A DNA stretch of 63,823 bases, filler included, from Chiloscyllium plagiosum (lineage: Eukaryota): the NCBI RefSeq assembly GCF_004010195.1. It is 5 parts of one record of this genome, joined end to end, with 100 filler letters (N's around TTAATTAATTAA, not from the genome) between each part and the next. Parts side by side here need not be neighbours in the genome. Positions count along the whole stretch, not along the records: positions 30,438 to 59,198 come from NC_057710.1; 4 more parts are not named here. One strand, written 5' to 3'. This document shows positions 37,191-50,639 of this stretch, piece after piece. The translations under genes and the position numbers were made by a program. The notes beneath the pieces are model-generated. The model saw only the letters and a program-made list of their open reading frames with translations, searched no databases and was not told the DNA's origin. Within the stretch, counting starts at the first letter, position 1. Every line of letters begins with the position of its first letter.

Positions 37191-38451
37191 ATCCTTTATC
37201 TTTGCTAGTTTGTTCCTTTCCTATCTTGTTCCTCTCTTTTTTTCTTTACTTCAGGTTGATAAATGTTCACAATTCTGCCATTTCTGCCTTCTCTAGATAT
37301 GGCTTTTATTTCTTTACCTCAAAATCAGTCATTTTATTTTTGCAGTTTAAATCCTTTTGTCATCTAACCCCCCCATGCTCTCCACCTTATCACTGACCCT
37401 CCCTTTTGTTCTTTTTATCACTGCTACCATCTTCTTTTCAGTTGTTCAAAGCCTATTAACTTCTAATTTACAAACAAAAACAAAAACTTGTTTGTATTTC
37501 ATCCACTGTATTTTGCTTCTATTAAATTGAAATGTTTTCTCAGCTCCAATGAAAGCTCAAAACCCAAAGTGCTGGCTCAAATTCTCTCTTCATAGATACT
37601 GCCAGACCAGCCAAATATTTTTAGAGTCTTTTTTTATTTATTTTACTGTAGTTAAGCTTGGCAACCTTGTAACTAAAGTCCATAGCCAAACATAATAGTT
37701 TAATGAATACTCATGAAAAACTATGAGAAAGCATAATGTTTATCTGCTAAGATTGAAATGGCTAATATTTATTCTCCTGCACTCCTTATCCATTTCTTGT
37801 CTTGAATTCATCATGCCTGAATTTTGTGGGTCAGGCTATTAGATTTGTCCAATTACATTTCAGTTCAGGTGCTTATAAGTGTGGGTAGAGCTAGAGATTC
37901 AAGTGTGTGGCTATCAGACAGGCCTGATCAGCTATCTCAAGGTCTAGCTGAGATTGAGAAACAAGGTCCTGGAGGTTCAGGTGCAAGGTTCTGTGGATGG
38001 TCTGAAAGAGAAAGATTGACCTACTTTCTTATACCTCCTTTCTCTTGTTGCATAGATACTCTGATTTCTGAAGAATCAGGGACAAGGACCAATATCAGCT
38101 TCACAGATCAGCATCCAACAAACCTTGAGGAAAATAATATAACATGACCAGAAATACCTCTACCCATTTTAATTACGTGGTCACACCTCCATTACATTAC
38201 CTTAAATGCCAATAACTCATCTACCCTGAGAGGAAGCCTTAGAGAGCCTGAGACAAAATAAAGGGTTACAGATCCTATATTCTGCTCTTAGTTTCTGCGT
38301 GTTGCATCTAGGGAATAAGTGTTCATTGAGTAGAAATCAACAGGAATTTCAAACACACAGTCCCTCTGCTGTAGGCAGAATTTCTATTGTTGATGAAGTT
38401 ATTTCCAGTTTATAGTCTTCATTTTGATGCTGATGACTAATTACAGCTGGT

Positions 38452-39910
38452 TCTGGATCAGTGGTGCTGGAAGAGCACAGCAATTCAGGCAGCATCCGAG
38501 GACAGGCAAAATCGATGTTTCGGGCAAAAGCCCTTCATCAGGAATAAAGGCAGTGAGCCTGAAGCGTGGAGAGATAAGCTAGAGGAGGGTGGGGGTGGGC
38601 TAGAGTAGCATAGAGTACAATAGGTCAGTGGGGGAGGAGATGAAGGTGATAGGTCAGGGAGGAGAGGGTGGAGTGGATAGGTGGAAAAGGAGCTGGGCAG
38701 GTCGGACAAGTCCGGACAGGTCAGGGGATCGAGTTGCTGGAGGTTAGAAGCTAGGATGAGGTGGGGGAAGGGGAAATGAGGAAACTGTTAAAATCCACAT
38801 TGATGCCCTGGGGTTGAAGTGTTCCGAGGCAGAAGATGAGGCGTTCTTCCTCCAGGCATCTGGTGGTGAGGGAGCGGCGGTGAAGGAGGCCCAGGACCTC
38901 CATGTCCATGNNNNNNNNNNNNNNNNNNNNNNNNNNNNNNNNNNNNNNNNNNNNNNNNNNNNNNNNNNNNNNNNNNNNNNNNNNNNNNNNNNNNNNNNNN
39001 NNNNNNNNNNNNNNNNNNNNNNNNNNNNNNNNNNNNNNNNNNNNNNNNNNNNNNNNNNNNNNNNNNNNNNNNNNNNNNNNNNNNNNNNNNNNNNNNNNNN
39101 NNNNNNNNNNNNNNNNNNNNNNNNNNNNNNNNNNNNNNNNNNNNNNNNNNNNNNNNNNNNNNNNNNNNNNNNNNNNNNNNNNNNNNNNNNNNNNNNNNNN
39201 NNNNNNNNNNNNNNNNNNNNNNNNNNNNNNNNNNNNNNNNNNNNNNNNNNNNNNNNNNNNNNNNNNNNNNNNNNNNNNNNNNNNNNNNNNNNNNNNNNNN
39301 NNNNNNNNNNNNNNNNNNNNNNNNNNNNNNNNNNNNNNNNNNNNNNNNNNNNNNNNNNNNNNNNNNNNNNNNNNNNNNNNNNNNNNNNNNNNNNNNNNNN
39401 NNNNNNNNNNNNNNNNNNNNNNNNNNNNNNNNNNNNNNNNNNNNNNNNNNNNNNNNNNNNNNNNNNNNNNNNNNNNNNNNNNNNNNNNNNNNNNNNNNNN
39501 NNNNNNNNNNNNNNNNNNNNNNNNNNNNNNNNNNNNNNNNNNNNNNNNNNNNNNNNNNNNNNNNNNNNNNNNNNNNNNNNNNNNNNNNNNNGTGGGGTCA
39601 TAGTCAAGGGGGCGGTAGGAAGAGGTGTCCTCGAGTTGGCGTTTGGCTTCAGCGATGTAGAGGTCAGTGCGCCAGACTACCACTGCGCCCCCTTTATCCG
39701 CTGGCTTGATGGTGAGGTCGGGATTGGAGCAGAGGGATTGGGGGGCTGTGTGTTGTGAGGGCGAGAGGTTGGAGTGGGTTCTTTGGTAGAGATGAGTTCA
39801 GTGGGGCAGCGTCGATTTTGCCTGTCCTCGGATGCTGCCTGAATTGCTGTGCTCTTCCAGCACCACTGATCCAGAATCTGGTTTCCAGCATCTGCAGTCA
39901 TTGTTTTTAC
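38452..39910 (-). mobile_element. Penelope-like element with inverted terminal pLTR segment and 15-bp TSD (spans a gap)
   Basis: KGGAVVVWRTDLYIAEAKRQL (RT N-terminal side), LEEERLIFCLGTLQPQGINVDF (GIY-YIG end); inverted ends; TSD ctaattacagctggt at 38437-38451 and 39911-39925. Confidence 0.92.
38510..38545 (-). ncRNA. Minimal type I hammerhead ribozyme motif
   Basis: AUUC-CUGAUGA-A-GGGC UUUU GCCC-GAAA-CAUC-GAUU; ACGU changed to ACAU, consistent with CpG decay. Confidence 0.7.
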
Positions 39911-40444
39911 CTAATTACAGCTGGTGCCAATTAAGAGCAAGAAAGTGAAAAAAAACAGCTAAATTGTATGTGTTAAAGTATATTTATGCAACGCCTTTCT
40001 TATCTCTTGAGAATTTGCAAACACTTGACATAACAGAGGCTACACAGTGGTTTGATATTACATAAGCAGGTACAGAACTTACTTTATATACTGCAGTCTC
40101 CCTGAACAGGGAATGTGATGTTGAGCTGGTTAGTTTGTTTTTGATGGTGATCTTTGAAGGAAAAATATTGGTAAAGACTGCAGAAGAACTATGTTTTTCA
40201 CAGGCATTAAGTTACCAATTGTCACTGAGTGAGGGAATTCAAGACAAAATTCTTGTGTTTGATTTCATAATCTAAGTCTGATGCTTCAGTACAATACCAA
40301 GAGATTGTTGTGTTATCAGACATAGATGTTTCAGATGACACACTGGGAATAATTCTTTTAGCAGTAGTGCCTGAGAATAATTACCCATGAGTGCTAGCAT
40401 CAGCATTAGGTGCGGAGAACACAAACTTACATTTCCTAAACAAA

Positions 40445-42452
40445 AAACAAAGAACAAAGAAAATTTACAGCCCAGGAACAGGCCCTTCGGACCTCCAAGT
40501 CTGAGCCAATCCAAATGTACTGTCTAAACCTGTCGGTCAATTCCTAAGCATCTGTATCCCTCTGCTCCCCACCTGCTCATGCATCTGTCCAGACGCATCT
40601 TAAATGCATCAACTGTGCCTGCCTCTATCACCTCTGCTGGCAACGCGTTCCAAACGCCCACCATCCTCTGTGTGAATTACTTGCCGCGTGTATCCTCCTT
40701 AAACGTTCCACCTCTCACCTTGAAAGCATGACCTGTCATTATTGAATCCTTCGCCCTGGGAAAAAGCTTGACTCTATCCACCCTGTCTATGCCCTTCATG
40801 ATTTTATAAACCTCTATCAGGTCCCCCCTCAATCTCGTTTTTTCAAATGAAAATAAACCTAACCTACTCAACCTCTCTTCATAGCTAGCACCTTCCATAC
40901 CAGGCAACATCTTCATAAACCTTCTCTGCACCCTCTCCAAAGTGTCCGCATCTTGCCAGCTCTTGTACTCAATACCCCGTCCAATGAAGGCAAGCATACC
41001 ATATGCCTTCTTGACCACTCTATCCACCTGTGCAGCAACCGTCAGGGTACAATGGACCTGCACTCCCAGATCTCTCTGCCCATCAACTTTTCCCAAGGGT
41101 CTTCCGTTCATTGTATAATTCGCTCTAGAATTAGATTTGCCTAAATGCATCACCTCACCTTTATCTGAATTGAAAAGCATCTGCCACTTTTCCACCCAAC
41201 TCTCCAGTCTATCTATATCCTCCAGTATTCTCTGACAGTCCCTTATGCTTTCTGCTACTCCACCAATCTTCATGTCATCTGCAAACAGGCTGATCATACC
41301 AACAGTGTCCTCTTCCAGATCATTTATGTATATTACAAACAACAGTGGCCCTAACACTGACCCCTGTGGAACACCACTGGTCACCTTTCTCCATTTCGAG
41401 AAACTCCCTTCAACTACTACTCTCTGTCTCCTGTTCCTCAACCAGTTCTTTATCCACCTAGCTAGAATACCCTTCAGACCCTGTGACTTCACTTTCTCCA
41501 TTAGTCTACCATGGGGAACCTTATCAAACGCCTTACTAAAGTCCATGTATATGACATCAACAGCCCTTCCTTCATCTATCAACTTGGTCACTTCCTCGAA
41601 AAACTCTATTAAGTTGGTAAGGCACGATCACCCCCACACAAAACCATGTTGCCTATCACTGATAAGCCCATTCTTTTCTAAACATAAATAGGTCCTATCC
41701 CTCAGTACCTTCTCCAGCAACTTTCCCACCACTGACGTCAGGCTCACTGGTCTGTAGTTACCGGAATATCCCCACTACCCTTCTTGTACAGGGGGACAAC
41801 ATGAGCAACCCTCCAGTTCTCCGGTACCTCACCNNNNNNNNNNNNNNNNNNNNNNNNNNNNNNNNNNNNNNNNNNNNNNNNNNNNNNNNNNNNNNNNNNN
41901 NNNNNNNNNNNNNNNNNNNNNNNNNNNNNNNNNNNNNNNNNNNNNNNNNNNNNNNNNNNNNNNNNNNNNNNNNNNNNNNNNNNNNNNNNNNNNNNNNNNN
42001 NNNNNNNNNNNNNNNNNNNNNNNNNNNNNNNNNNNNNNNNNNNNNNNNNNNNNNNNNNNNNNNNNNNNNNNNNNNNNNNNNNNNNNNNNNNNNNNNNNNN
42101 CAACGAAGGCAAGCATACTATAGGCCTTCTTGACCACTCTATCCACCTGTGCATCAACCTTCAGGGTACAATGAACCTGCACTCCCAGATCTCTCTGCCC
42201 ATCAACTTTTCCCAAGGGTCTTCCATTCATTGTATAATTCGCTCTAGAATTAGACTTGCCTAAATGCATCACCTCACATTTGTCTGGATTGAAAAGCATC
42301 TGCCACTTTTCCGCCCAACTCTCCAGTCTATCTATATCCTCCTGTCTTCTCTGACAGTCCCTTATGCTTTCTGCTACTCCACCAATCTTTGTGTCATCTG
42401 CAAACATGCTGATCATACCGACAGTGTCCTCTTCTAGATCATTCATGTATAT
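40445..42452 (-). mobile_element. CR1 LINE (RT and 3' end); spans a gap and is probably chimeric in the assembly
   Basis: 304-aa ORF with YMDFSKAFDKVPH, SGVPQGSVLGP, FADD; the same RT segment occurs again at 42101-42452. Confidence 0.92.
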
Positions 42453-43600
42453 TGCAAACTTTGGTGTTGTTCTCTGATTTTGACAGGAGGGAGATTTTTG
42501 TGTCAACAATAGGAGCAGGTAAAGTGAAGTGAATTAAATGAACAAGAAAGAAACATCCTTTTCCACACATCACTTGGTACTTCACTTGGAGGTCGCCACT
42601 GATGATGTTACCTAGCCAGGTAATGAAACGTCTGGATATCAAACCTACAGCTCAGCGAGCAAACCTACACCCTAAACTTGGTACTTCATCAGGGCAATGT
42701 TTTTGAAAGATGCTCAGAAGATGTAACTTTTACCTGTTTGTTCAGGAGCCAAGAAGGATCAGCAATGAGTCACTTTTATTGACATAGTTTAACTAGATCA
42801 CAACATTGGAGGATTTCTGACTATGATTTTTGAACAACAATCATAAGGATAGGAACATAGGACAGCAGTATGCTATTCAGCCCCAAAACCTGTTCATCCT
42901 TGCATTTGGATCATGGGTTTCTGTTCTTTCATGCAATATGATTATGATTGGCAGCATTTTGTTTCCCATTCCTAATTATCTTTGAGAGAGTGATGGCAAG
43001 CCATTGTCTTGAACTGTTGTAGTCCATGTAGTGTAAGGAATACTGACAGTGTTAGGAAGAGATTTCCAGGACATTGACCTAAGGACAGTGATGGAATAGC
43101 AATATTTTTCAAGTTAGATGTTTTTTGGCATAAAAGGGAACCTTGCAGATGGTAGAGTTTAGATACACCTGCCACCCTTGTCCTTCGAAGTGGGAGAAAT
43201 CCTGGGTTTGAAAGGCACTGTTGAAGAAGATTTGACAATTTGCTGCAATGTATCTTTTATGTGAAGCACATTGCTGCTACCTTGCACCAGTGTTGAAGGG
43301 AGTGAATGTTGAAGGTAATGGATGGAATGATTGGATGGGATATTTTACCTCGATTGTCTTGAAATTATTGAGTGTTTTTAGAACCACATTCATCTAGGCA
43401 AGAGGACTATTCCATCAAACCTATGCCTTGTAGACAGTGAAATGGCTTTGGAAAGTTAAGAATTGAGTTACTCATCATAGAATTCCTAGCTTCTGACTTG
43501 CTGTTGTAGCTTCAGTTTATATTATTTATACATTGGTTTGGTTGAGTTTCAGGTAACCCCCCCCCCCTTGATGTTGGTGGTAGGGAATTTCATTGAATGG

Positions 43601-44197
43601 GAAAAAGTGAGGACTGCAGATGCTGGAAATCAGAGCTGAAAATGTGTTGCTGGAAAAGCGCAGCAGGTCAGGCAGCATCCAAGGAGCAGGAGAATTGACG
43701 TTTTAGGCATGAGCCCTTCTTCAGGAATGAGGAGAGTATCTTTGGAAGACCATCGCTGACAGATTCGCGGCCTCCGTGGGGTCCACGGCTATCAGGAACA
43801 ACACCGTTTCTGCTGTTGCCACAGCCACTTCCGCCCCCTGGGTTGCCATCGTCGCAGCCACTTCCGCCCCCAGTGACATCACTCACCTGCACAATGACCA
43901 CGCCGCATGCATCTCCGCCCCCACGCCGATCTCCGTCACCATGCCTAACCTCGCCCCCACGCCTAAGCCCGCCCCCACTCCCAGCTCCAGCCCCACACTA
44001 GGTCCTGGCTCCCATCCCTCCTGACCTCCCCCTCTCTGAGGATGAAAGATCAGCCCTTGGCAGAGGCCTCACCTTCATTCCCCTACGCCCCCACACTCTC
44101 CTCATTCCTGAAGAAGGGCTCATGCCCGAAACGTCGATTCTCCTGCTCCTTGGATGCTGCCTGACCTGCTGCGCTTTTCTAGCAACACATTTTCAGC
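43601..44197. mobile_element. Internally deleted Penelope-like element with inverted pLTR ends and 15-bp TSD
   Basis: ~120-bp inverted arms; internal + strand PLSEDERSALGRGLTFIPLRP; TSD aatttcattgaatgg at 43586-43600 and 44198-44212. Confidence 0.9.
44104..44139 (+). ncRNA. Minimal type I hammerhead ribozyme motif
   Basis: AUUC-CUGAAGA-A-GGGC UCAU GCCC-GAAA-CGUC-GAUU. Confidence 0.78.
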
Positions 44198-45339
44198 AAT
44201 TTCATTGAATGGCAAGGGGTGTTGGTTGAATTCTCTCATGTTGAAGATGGTCATTGCCTGGCATGTGTGGTGTAAATGTTACTTATCATTTGCTAGTCTA
44301 AGCCTGAATATTGTCCATTCCTTGCTCTGAATTGACACTGTCTGTTTCTGTGATTGAAGAATCACAAATTGTGCTGAACAATATGCAATTGTTATTGAAC
44401 ATCTCAACTTCTCACCCTATAATAGTTGTGAAGTACACTGTCATGAGAAACTTCTACAGAGGTGTCCTAGGATTGAGATGGTTAGCTTTTAACAACACAA
44501 TGAACTTCTTTACTGCTGAGTGCTTGGTATGACTTCAACCAGTGGAGGGTTTCCATCTCTGATTCCCACTAACTTCAATTTTGATGGTGATCCTTCATAC
44601 AAAACTCAGTCAAATGCTGTCTTGAAGACAATGGCAGTCACTCTCACCTCCTCGCTTGGCTTAGGTTGGGCCAATGCTATAATGAGTTCAATAGCCACGA
44701 AGTTTTGATAGAACCCAAACTGAGTTTACCTGAGCAGCTGTAGTATTGCTGGATAGCACTAGTACTCAACTACTTTGTTGAGTAGACAGATGTAGCAGGA
44801 ATTTTCTAGGTTGAATCTAAACTGCAGACAGGACACAACTAGACACTTTTCAACATGGCTGCATAGTTGTCAGTGTAATTATCATACTGTAACAGTCTGG
44901 CTAGGATCATAGTTCTGGTAAAGTTTTCAGTCCTACTGTTGGGATATTGCCAGGTCCCATTTTCAGCTATTTCTCAAGATCACTTGATATGAATTGAATT
45001 GGTTAAATACTGGAATCTGAGATGTTGGGAACTTCAGAAAGAGGCCACAATTGATCATCCATTCAGAAATTCTGGCTAAAGATCATTGCAAATGCATCAG
45101 CCTTTCTATGGATGCACTTAGCTCTCCCATCACTATGAATAGAGATACTATTCTGAGGACAATTCCTTGTCAATTTTGGGGCAAGGCTTCATGTTTAAAA
45201 AATTGTGGAGAGTGGATCTTTTGGAATTCTGAAAAGATATCTGCAGTGTTACTAAAAGGACATAGGGCTTTTTAAAAAGACATCTGTTTGATTGCACATG
45301 GCATAAATTAATTGTTTGGATTGCTTTAAATTGTTCTAA

Positions 45340-45650
45340 TCTAAATTCACAGGATGTGGGCATCACTGGCTAAGACAGCATTTATTACACATCCCTAATT
45401 GCCCTAAGGGCAGTTAAGAGTCAACCATTGTGCTGTGGGTCTGGAGTCACATATAGGCCACACCAGATTAAGATTTTAGTGAACTAGATGGATTTTTCCA
45501 ATAATTGTTTCACAATCATCATTAGAATCTTAACTTCTGATATTTATGGGATTCAAACTTCAGGATTGGAATCCAGATCTCCAGAACATTACAAGAGTCT
45601 TAAGGTTAATAGTCTAGTGATAATATCATGAGGTCATTGCCTCCCAATTC
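45340..45650 (-). mobile_element. Deu-domain-type SINE
   Basis: cagcatttatt..atccctaattgccc..gcagttaagagtcaacca..gtctggagtcacatataggcc; homologous to 300-450/3762-3810. Confidence 0.65.
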
Positions 45651-46606
45651 ACCACAAATTAATAGCTTCGTTGTTTATTAAATAAATAATTTTTAAAATT
45701 CTAAACCATTTTATCATAAAGCATTTAAATTTACATTGTGTCAATTTTTTATGTTGTGTGAATAGGTTTAGAGAGAGAGAAAAAAGAACTTCTCCAAATT
45801 TAGGCATAACAATATTTGCACAATGCATTCCTCTGTTTAATTTCTTAACTGTCTACTACGATTGTTGACTAGATGGAGCAAGGCTGCAGGTTTTGATATG
45901 CTCCATTTTTATGGGGTTATCTATTTCTGTCTATCACAGGCTGTTACTAATTAGTGTGCATGCAGTCCTGTGTCGTAGTTTCTTCAGGATAATCAGTGCT
46001 GCTCCTGACATTCTCTCCTGCATCCTTCTTTGAAACGTAGTTGATCCATTGTGAGAGCTGTTCCAGGCCATGCCATTACAGATTCCTGCTGAACACAATT
46101 CTACTCCTCCTTTTGACTCACGGCACTTCAGGTTTGAGCTACACAATGCAAAGGCAGGTTATTCTCAGTGTGAAGCTATAATTTTGACTCCACAAGGACT
46201 GTGCAGCTGTCACTCATTTCAATCAGTGACAGGTCAATCAACGAGAACACTGTTCCCTCATCAGCTGCCACAACATGAATCCAGCTGATATGCAATTATG
46301 GATTCAGTCAACTTAGTCAGAGTTAGCAAGACTGAGCCACATTTGCAGATGGAATTTGAAGTTCCACCAGCCAGAATCCATTGCGAGCTTGCTAACTTCA
46401 AGTTACCTTTAAATCATACTCAAAATGGAAGAGCTTTGGTTCATCAGTGCAGAAAGTTTGATGTGGTAATTAGTCATAAATACCACCAAGAGCCCATGAG
46501 GTCCAGAGTCAATTTTGAGAACTCCCAGAGAAATTCTTTCCTCCATGTATATAACTATGCTTCCATCTCTGGAGAATATAATCTACCAATAGAATAGGAC
46601 ATACTA

Positions 46607-47175
46607 TAGAGTCATAGAGATGTACTGCATGAAAACAGACCATTCGGTCTAACATGTCCATGCCAACCAGATATCCCAACCCAATCTAGTCCCACCTGCC
46701 AGCACCCAGCCCATATCCCTCCAAACTCTTCCTGTTCATATACCCATCCAGATGTCTTTTAAACATTGCAACTTTCCCAGCCTCTACCACTTCCTCTAGC
46801 AGACCATTCCACACACGCACCACACTCTACGTGAAAATGTTGCCCCTTAGGTCTTTTTTACATCTTTCTCCTCTCACCCTAAAGCTTTGCCCTCTGGTTC
46901 TGGGCTCCCCCAGGAAAAGACCTTGTCTATTTACCCTATCCATGCCCTTCAAGATTTTATAAACCTCTATAAGGTCACCCCTCAGTCTCTGATGCTCCAG
47001 GGAAAACAGCCCCAGCCTATTTAACCTCTCCCCGTAGCTCAAATCCTCCAACCCTGGCAACATCCTTGTAAATTTTTTCTGAACCCTTTCAAGTTTCACA
47101 ACATCCTGCTGATTGGAATATTGTGTGCAATTCTGGTCTCCTTCCTAAGTGGCCTAACCAACGTCCTGTACAGCC
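46607..47175 (-). mobile_element. CR1 3' fragment
   Basis: KLERVQKKFTRMLPGL ORF; tagagtcatagag tail. Confidence 0.92.
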
Positions 47176-47959
47176 ACAGGTAACGTAGGTGTCTAGGATG
47201 TTGGCTGTATGATACAATTTAAAATATCAGCCTATTGCTGGGCTTATCTGAAGGATTGCATTCCCAATTTTAGCTCAAGCCAAATGATGTTAAATTCCAG
47301 GCTGCATGTGTCATAGTTGTACCTGATGCTTCAATTGATATCGGGTCATCCATTCACTTATTTCTTTTAGACTTTTCAGCAGTACTTGGGGAGGAGAGGG
47401 CAGAGGGTGGAGATAACTGGTTACTCAGAGCCTTGGTGAGATTGTAGTGAATTCACTCAGCCATCCAGGGTATTTAAGGTATGGCACACAAATCAACTGT
47501 GAAATTTAAACTAACTACAATATCTTAGAGGTCTACATTAATGAATCCCTAATGATTTAAGAGATGAGTTTTGGCCCAAATGCTTAGTCTAACATTTATC
47601 TTGAAGTAAATATGTAGCAGATGAATTTTAACAATCCATCCTGAAATTGACAGCACTGGAAAAGGTGCAAACGAGTGATAAAATCAAAGATGCATGTGTT
47701 TTCAGACTGACTTTCCTGCTTCTCATGCAGGCAGTGGGCCATTCTAGGAATGCATCAATGAAGGAACATGCTTTTGGTTTTCAAATGAGAGTCCATCAAA
47801 TTCTTTTGTACTTTGTTTACAGGCAGATTGTTCTGTCTTTCCTCTGAGGTCTGTCTGTTGTCTCACATCTTTATACTCTAAGGAAAGCGAAGCAGAGAAA
47901 AAGCAATGAACGTCTGGATAGGCCACACGACATGTATTCCCTTTTCTTAAATTTTTTTA

Positions 47960-48295
47960 AAATTGTTCATTCATGAGATAAGGGCAGTGCCAGCTAAACC
48001 AGCACTTATTGCCTATTCCTAATTGCCCAAAGGGCAGTTAAAGTCAACCACATTGCGTTGCTTCTAGAGTCACACGTAGGCCCAACCAAGTAAAGATGGC
48101 AGGTTCCTTCCTTAAAGGACATTAGTGAACCAGATGGGTTTTCTACCAATTGACAATGGATTCATGGTCATCATTAGACTCTTTATTCCAGATTTTTATT
48201 GAATTCAAATGCTGCTATGGTGGGATTTGAACAAAGGTGCCCAGAACATTACCTGGGTATCCAGATTAACTGTTCAATAATAATAGCACTAGGCC
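47960..48295 (-). mobile_element. Deu-domain-type SINE
   Basis: Homologous to 45340-45650. Confidence 0.65.
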
Positions 48296-49020
48296 ATTCA
48301 GGACCGATGAAAGGTTGCAACCTGAAATGTTGACTTCCCTGCTCCTCTAATGCTGCTGGACCTACTGTGCCTTTTCCAGCTCCACACTTAATAATGAGTT
48401 GGTAAAGTCGTGCACTTGTCAAGATAACAGCTGTTGACTTATTGGAACAAATGTGTTCTGCCAATTAGGCTATAACAGAAACAGTCTGGCAAAACATTTT
48501 GAAAACAAGAAAAACCAGGCAACAGCTAAAACAGCAGAAGACCAATTGGCAAGGAATAGCTTCTGCATTCGATACCAAAAGAGAATGTTAAACATATATG
48601 GTCAGTATACTGATTGCAAGCAGAAATAAATGCAAACAAATTAATTTCAATTTGAATTTTTTTGCTTCAATAGCCCTAATTCAATGTGAAATGGACTTAG
48701 TCTCAAGTCAATTTCTACTTGGCTTGGACACTATATTGCACAAAACTGACCATTGCTCGTTGACAATTAAGCTTGGAGAGACCAATGGTTGAATTGCCAA
48801 GGATATGAAAATGCCATATTGGAACAGGTCTCAATTAAGTTCACTGGTCATAGAATTCCCACAGTGTGGAAACAGACCATTTGAACCAACAAGTCGAGAC
48901 TGACCTTCTGAATAGCATCCCACCAGACCCATCCCCCTACCATATCTCTAATTCTGCAAACATTTGATGCTAAATTTAGTACCCAAAATTAAATAAAAAC
49001 TGGCTTAATAACCTGACTCA

Positions 49021-49237
49021 AGATTAGAGTGGTGCTGGAAAAGCACAGCAGGTCAGGCAGCATCCTAGGAGCAGGAAAATCGACATTTCGGGTAAAAGCC
49101 CTTCATCAGGATCAATCATAAGGATTCCTGATGAAGGACCTTTGCATGAAACGTCGATTTTCCTGCTCCTCGGATGCTTTTCTGTGCTTTTTCAGCACCA
49201 CTCGGATCTAAACTCTGGTTTCCAGCATCTGTAGTCA
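49021..49237. mobile_element. Penelope-derived fold-back element with head-to-head hammerhead motifs
   Basis: Minus 49078-49111 CUGAUGAAGGGCUUUUACCCGAAAUGUC; plus ~49124-49159 CUGAUGAAGG...GAAACGUC (stem II damaged); inverted arms. Confidence 0.8.
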
Positions 49238-49722
49238 TAGAATCATAGAGATGTACAGCATGGAAACAGACCCTTCGGTCCAACCTCTCCATCCTGACCA
49301 GATATCCCAACCCAATCTAGTCCCACCTGCCAGCACATGGCCCATATCCCTCCAAACCCTCCTTATTCATATACCCATCCAAATGCCTCTTAAATTGTAC
49401 CAGCCTCCACCACATCCTCTGGCAGTTCATTCCATACACATACCACCCTCTGTGAAAAAGTTGCCCCTTAGGTCTTTTTTATATCTTTCCCCTCTCACCC
49501 TAAACCTATGCCCTATAAGTTCTGGACTGCCTATTTATCCTATCTATCCCCCTCCATTTTGTAAATCTCTGTAAGGTCACCCCTCAGCCTCCGACCCTCC
49601 AGGAAAAACAGCCCCAGTCTGTTCAGCCTCTCCCTGTAGCTCAAATCCTCCAACCCTGGCAACATCCTTGTAAATCTTTTCTGAACCCTTTCAAATTTCA
49701 CAACATCTTTCCGATAGGAAAG
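49236..49722 (-). mobile_element. CR1 3' fragment
   Basis: KDVVKFERVQKRFTRMLPGL; catagaatcatagag tail. Confidence 0.9.
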
Positions 49723-50639
49723 GGAGTCCACACTTTTGCCTGAATACCCTGACTGCTATTCTTGACCTAATAAATGCTAAACAAATAGTTTTCACATCAG
49801 AATAAGGCATAATTAGCTAGATCTCTATTTCTGAATGAAAACAAAAGGGCAAAAATTAAAATACTCCCAATGAAAAAAAAGATTTTGCTAATTTTGATCG
49901 TGCAATAGTATACACATGAGATTGTTCACAATACAATTACTAATATAGTTTCAATTTATGATACATCTGTAAGAGCTAGAATGTTCAAACATTTTAAAGG
50001 AATATCGCTTTTATAAGTAGATGTATCTCAAAAATGAGAGCAAATCTTTATTTATAAAAAAAATTGTGAAATTACACAAACTCAGATTGTCATTCAATGC
50101 AACCCATTCAGAATTTTGTGCTTTCATTATAAATCGACAAATATCAATGTCAAATGCCATACAGTGATCAAATGCAAAGATTTAGTTTATTTAAAAAAAA
50201 GTGCTGTCAGTTTTAAAAAGCCAGATACTTACAGTACAATTATCTTAACAGCTACCTTGCATTCTGGATTTTAATCATTATACTGCCATGCAAGAGTTCA
50301 CTTTGACTGTACAGACCAACAAACACTAGAATCACATTATCTGAAGAACAAGTATTTACATTTTGCATCAGTTCCTGTTGCATGAATCCTGAAGTAAACA
50401 TCTCACACTGAAAGAAACCTATTACTCAAATCAAATATGGTCAAATTCAAGTTATCTGAACTTGAGCACATTTGTTAGGATTTTTGGAAAACTCACTTTT
50501 TTAGTGCAAAAACAATCAAAAATAGACTGTACATCCTATAAGTGATCACCAAAGATAATAATTCTAATTTAATAGCAATCTAAAGATAATGGTATTCTTT
50601 GATGGGATACATATTAATTCCTCAGAGTGCTGTGCATTG

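Larger units (their letters stand above)
42960..45150 (-). mobile_element. Old degenerate LINE of the CR1/L2 group
   Basis: 3' region resembling IAIPSLSLG...HGLQQFK..HHSLK, shared with ~21680-21870 and 59810-60240; no intact ORF. Confidence 0.55.

Noticed and set aside
38056..38147. Possible plus-strand terminal exon (TLISEESGTRTNISF...*) after a good acceptor
   Set aside because: No recognisable homology (not a TXK/TEC C-terminus) and no partner exons found.
33536..42157. Long ORFs (137-314 aa) containing X runs
   Set aside because: They read through N gaps (33549-33905, 38911-39591, 41834-42100).
43668..44024. Gly/Pro/Ala-rich ORFs
   Set aside because: Low-complexity internal part of the Penelope-like element, not a host gene.
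47744..47880. Possible minus-strand exon after a strong polypyrimidine tract (EYKDVRQQTDLRGK...)
   Set aside because: No homology recognised; cannot be tied to NIPAL1 or SLAIN2 without transcripts.
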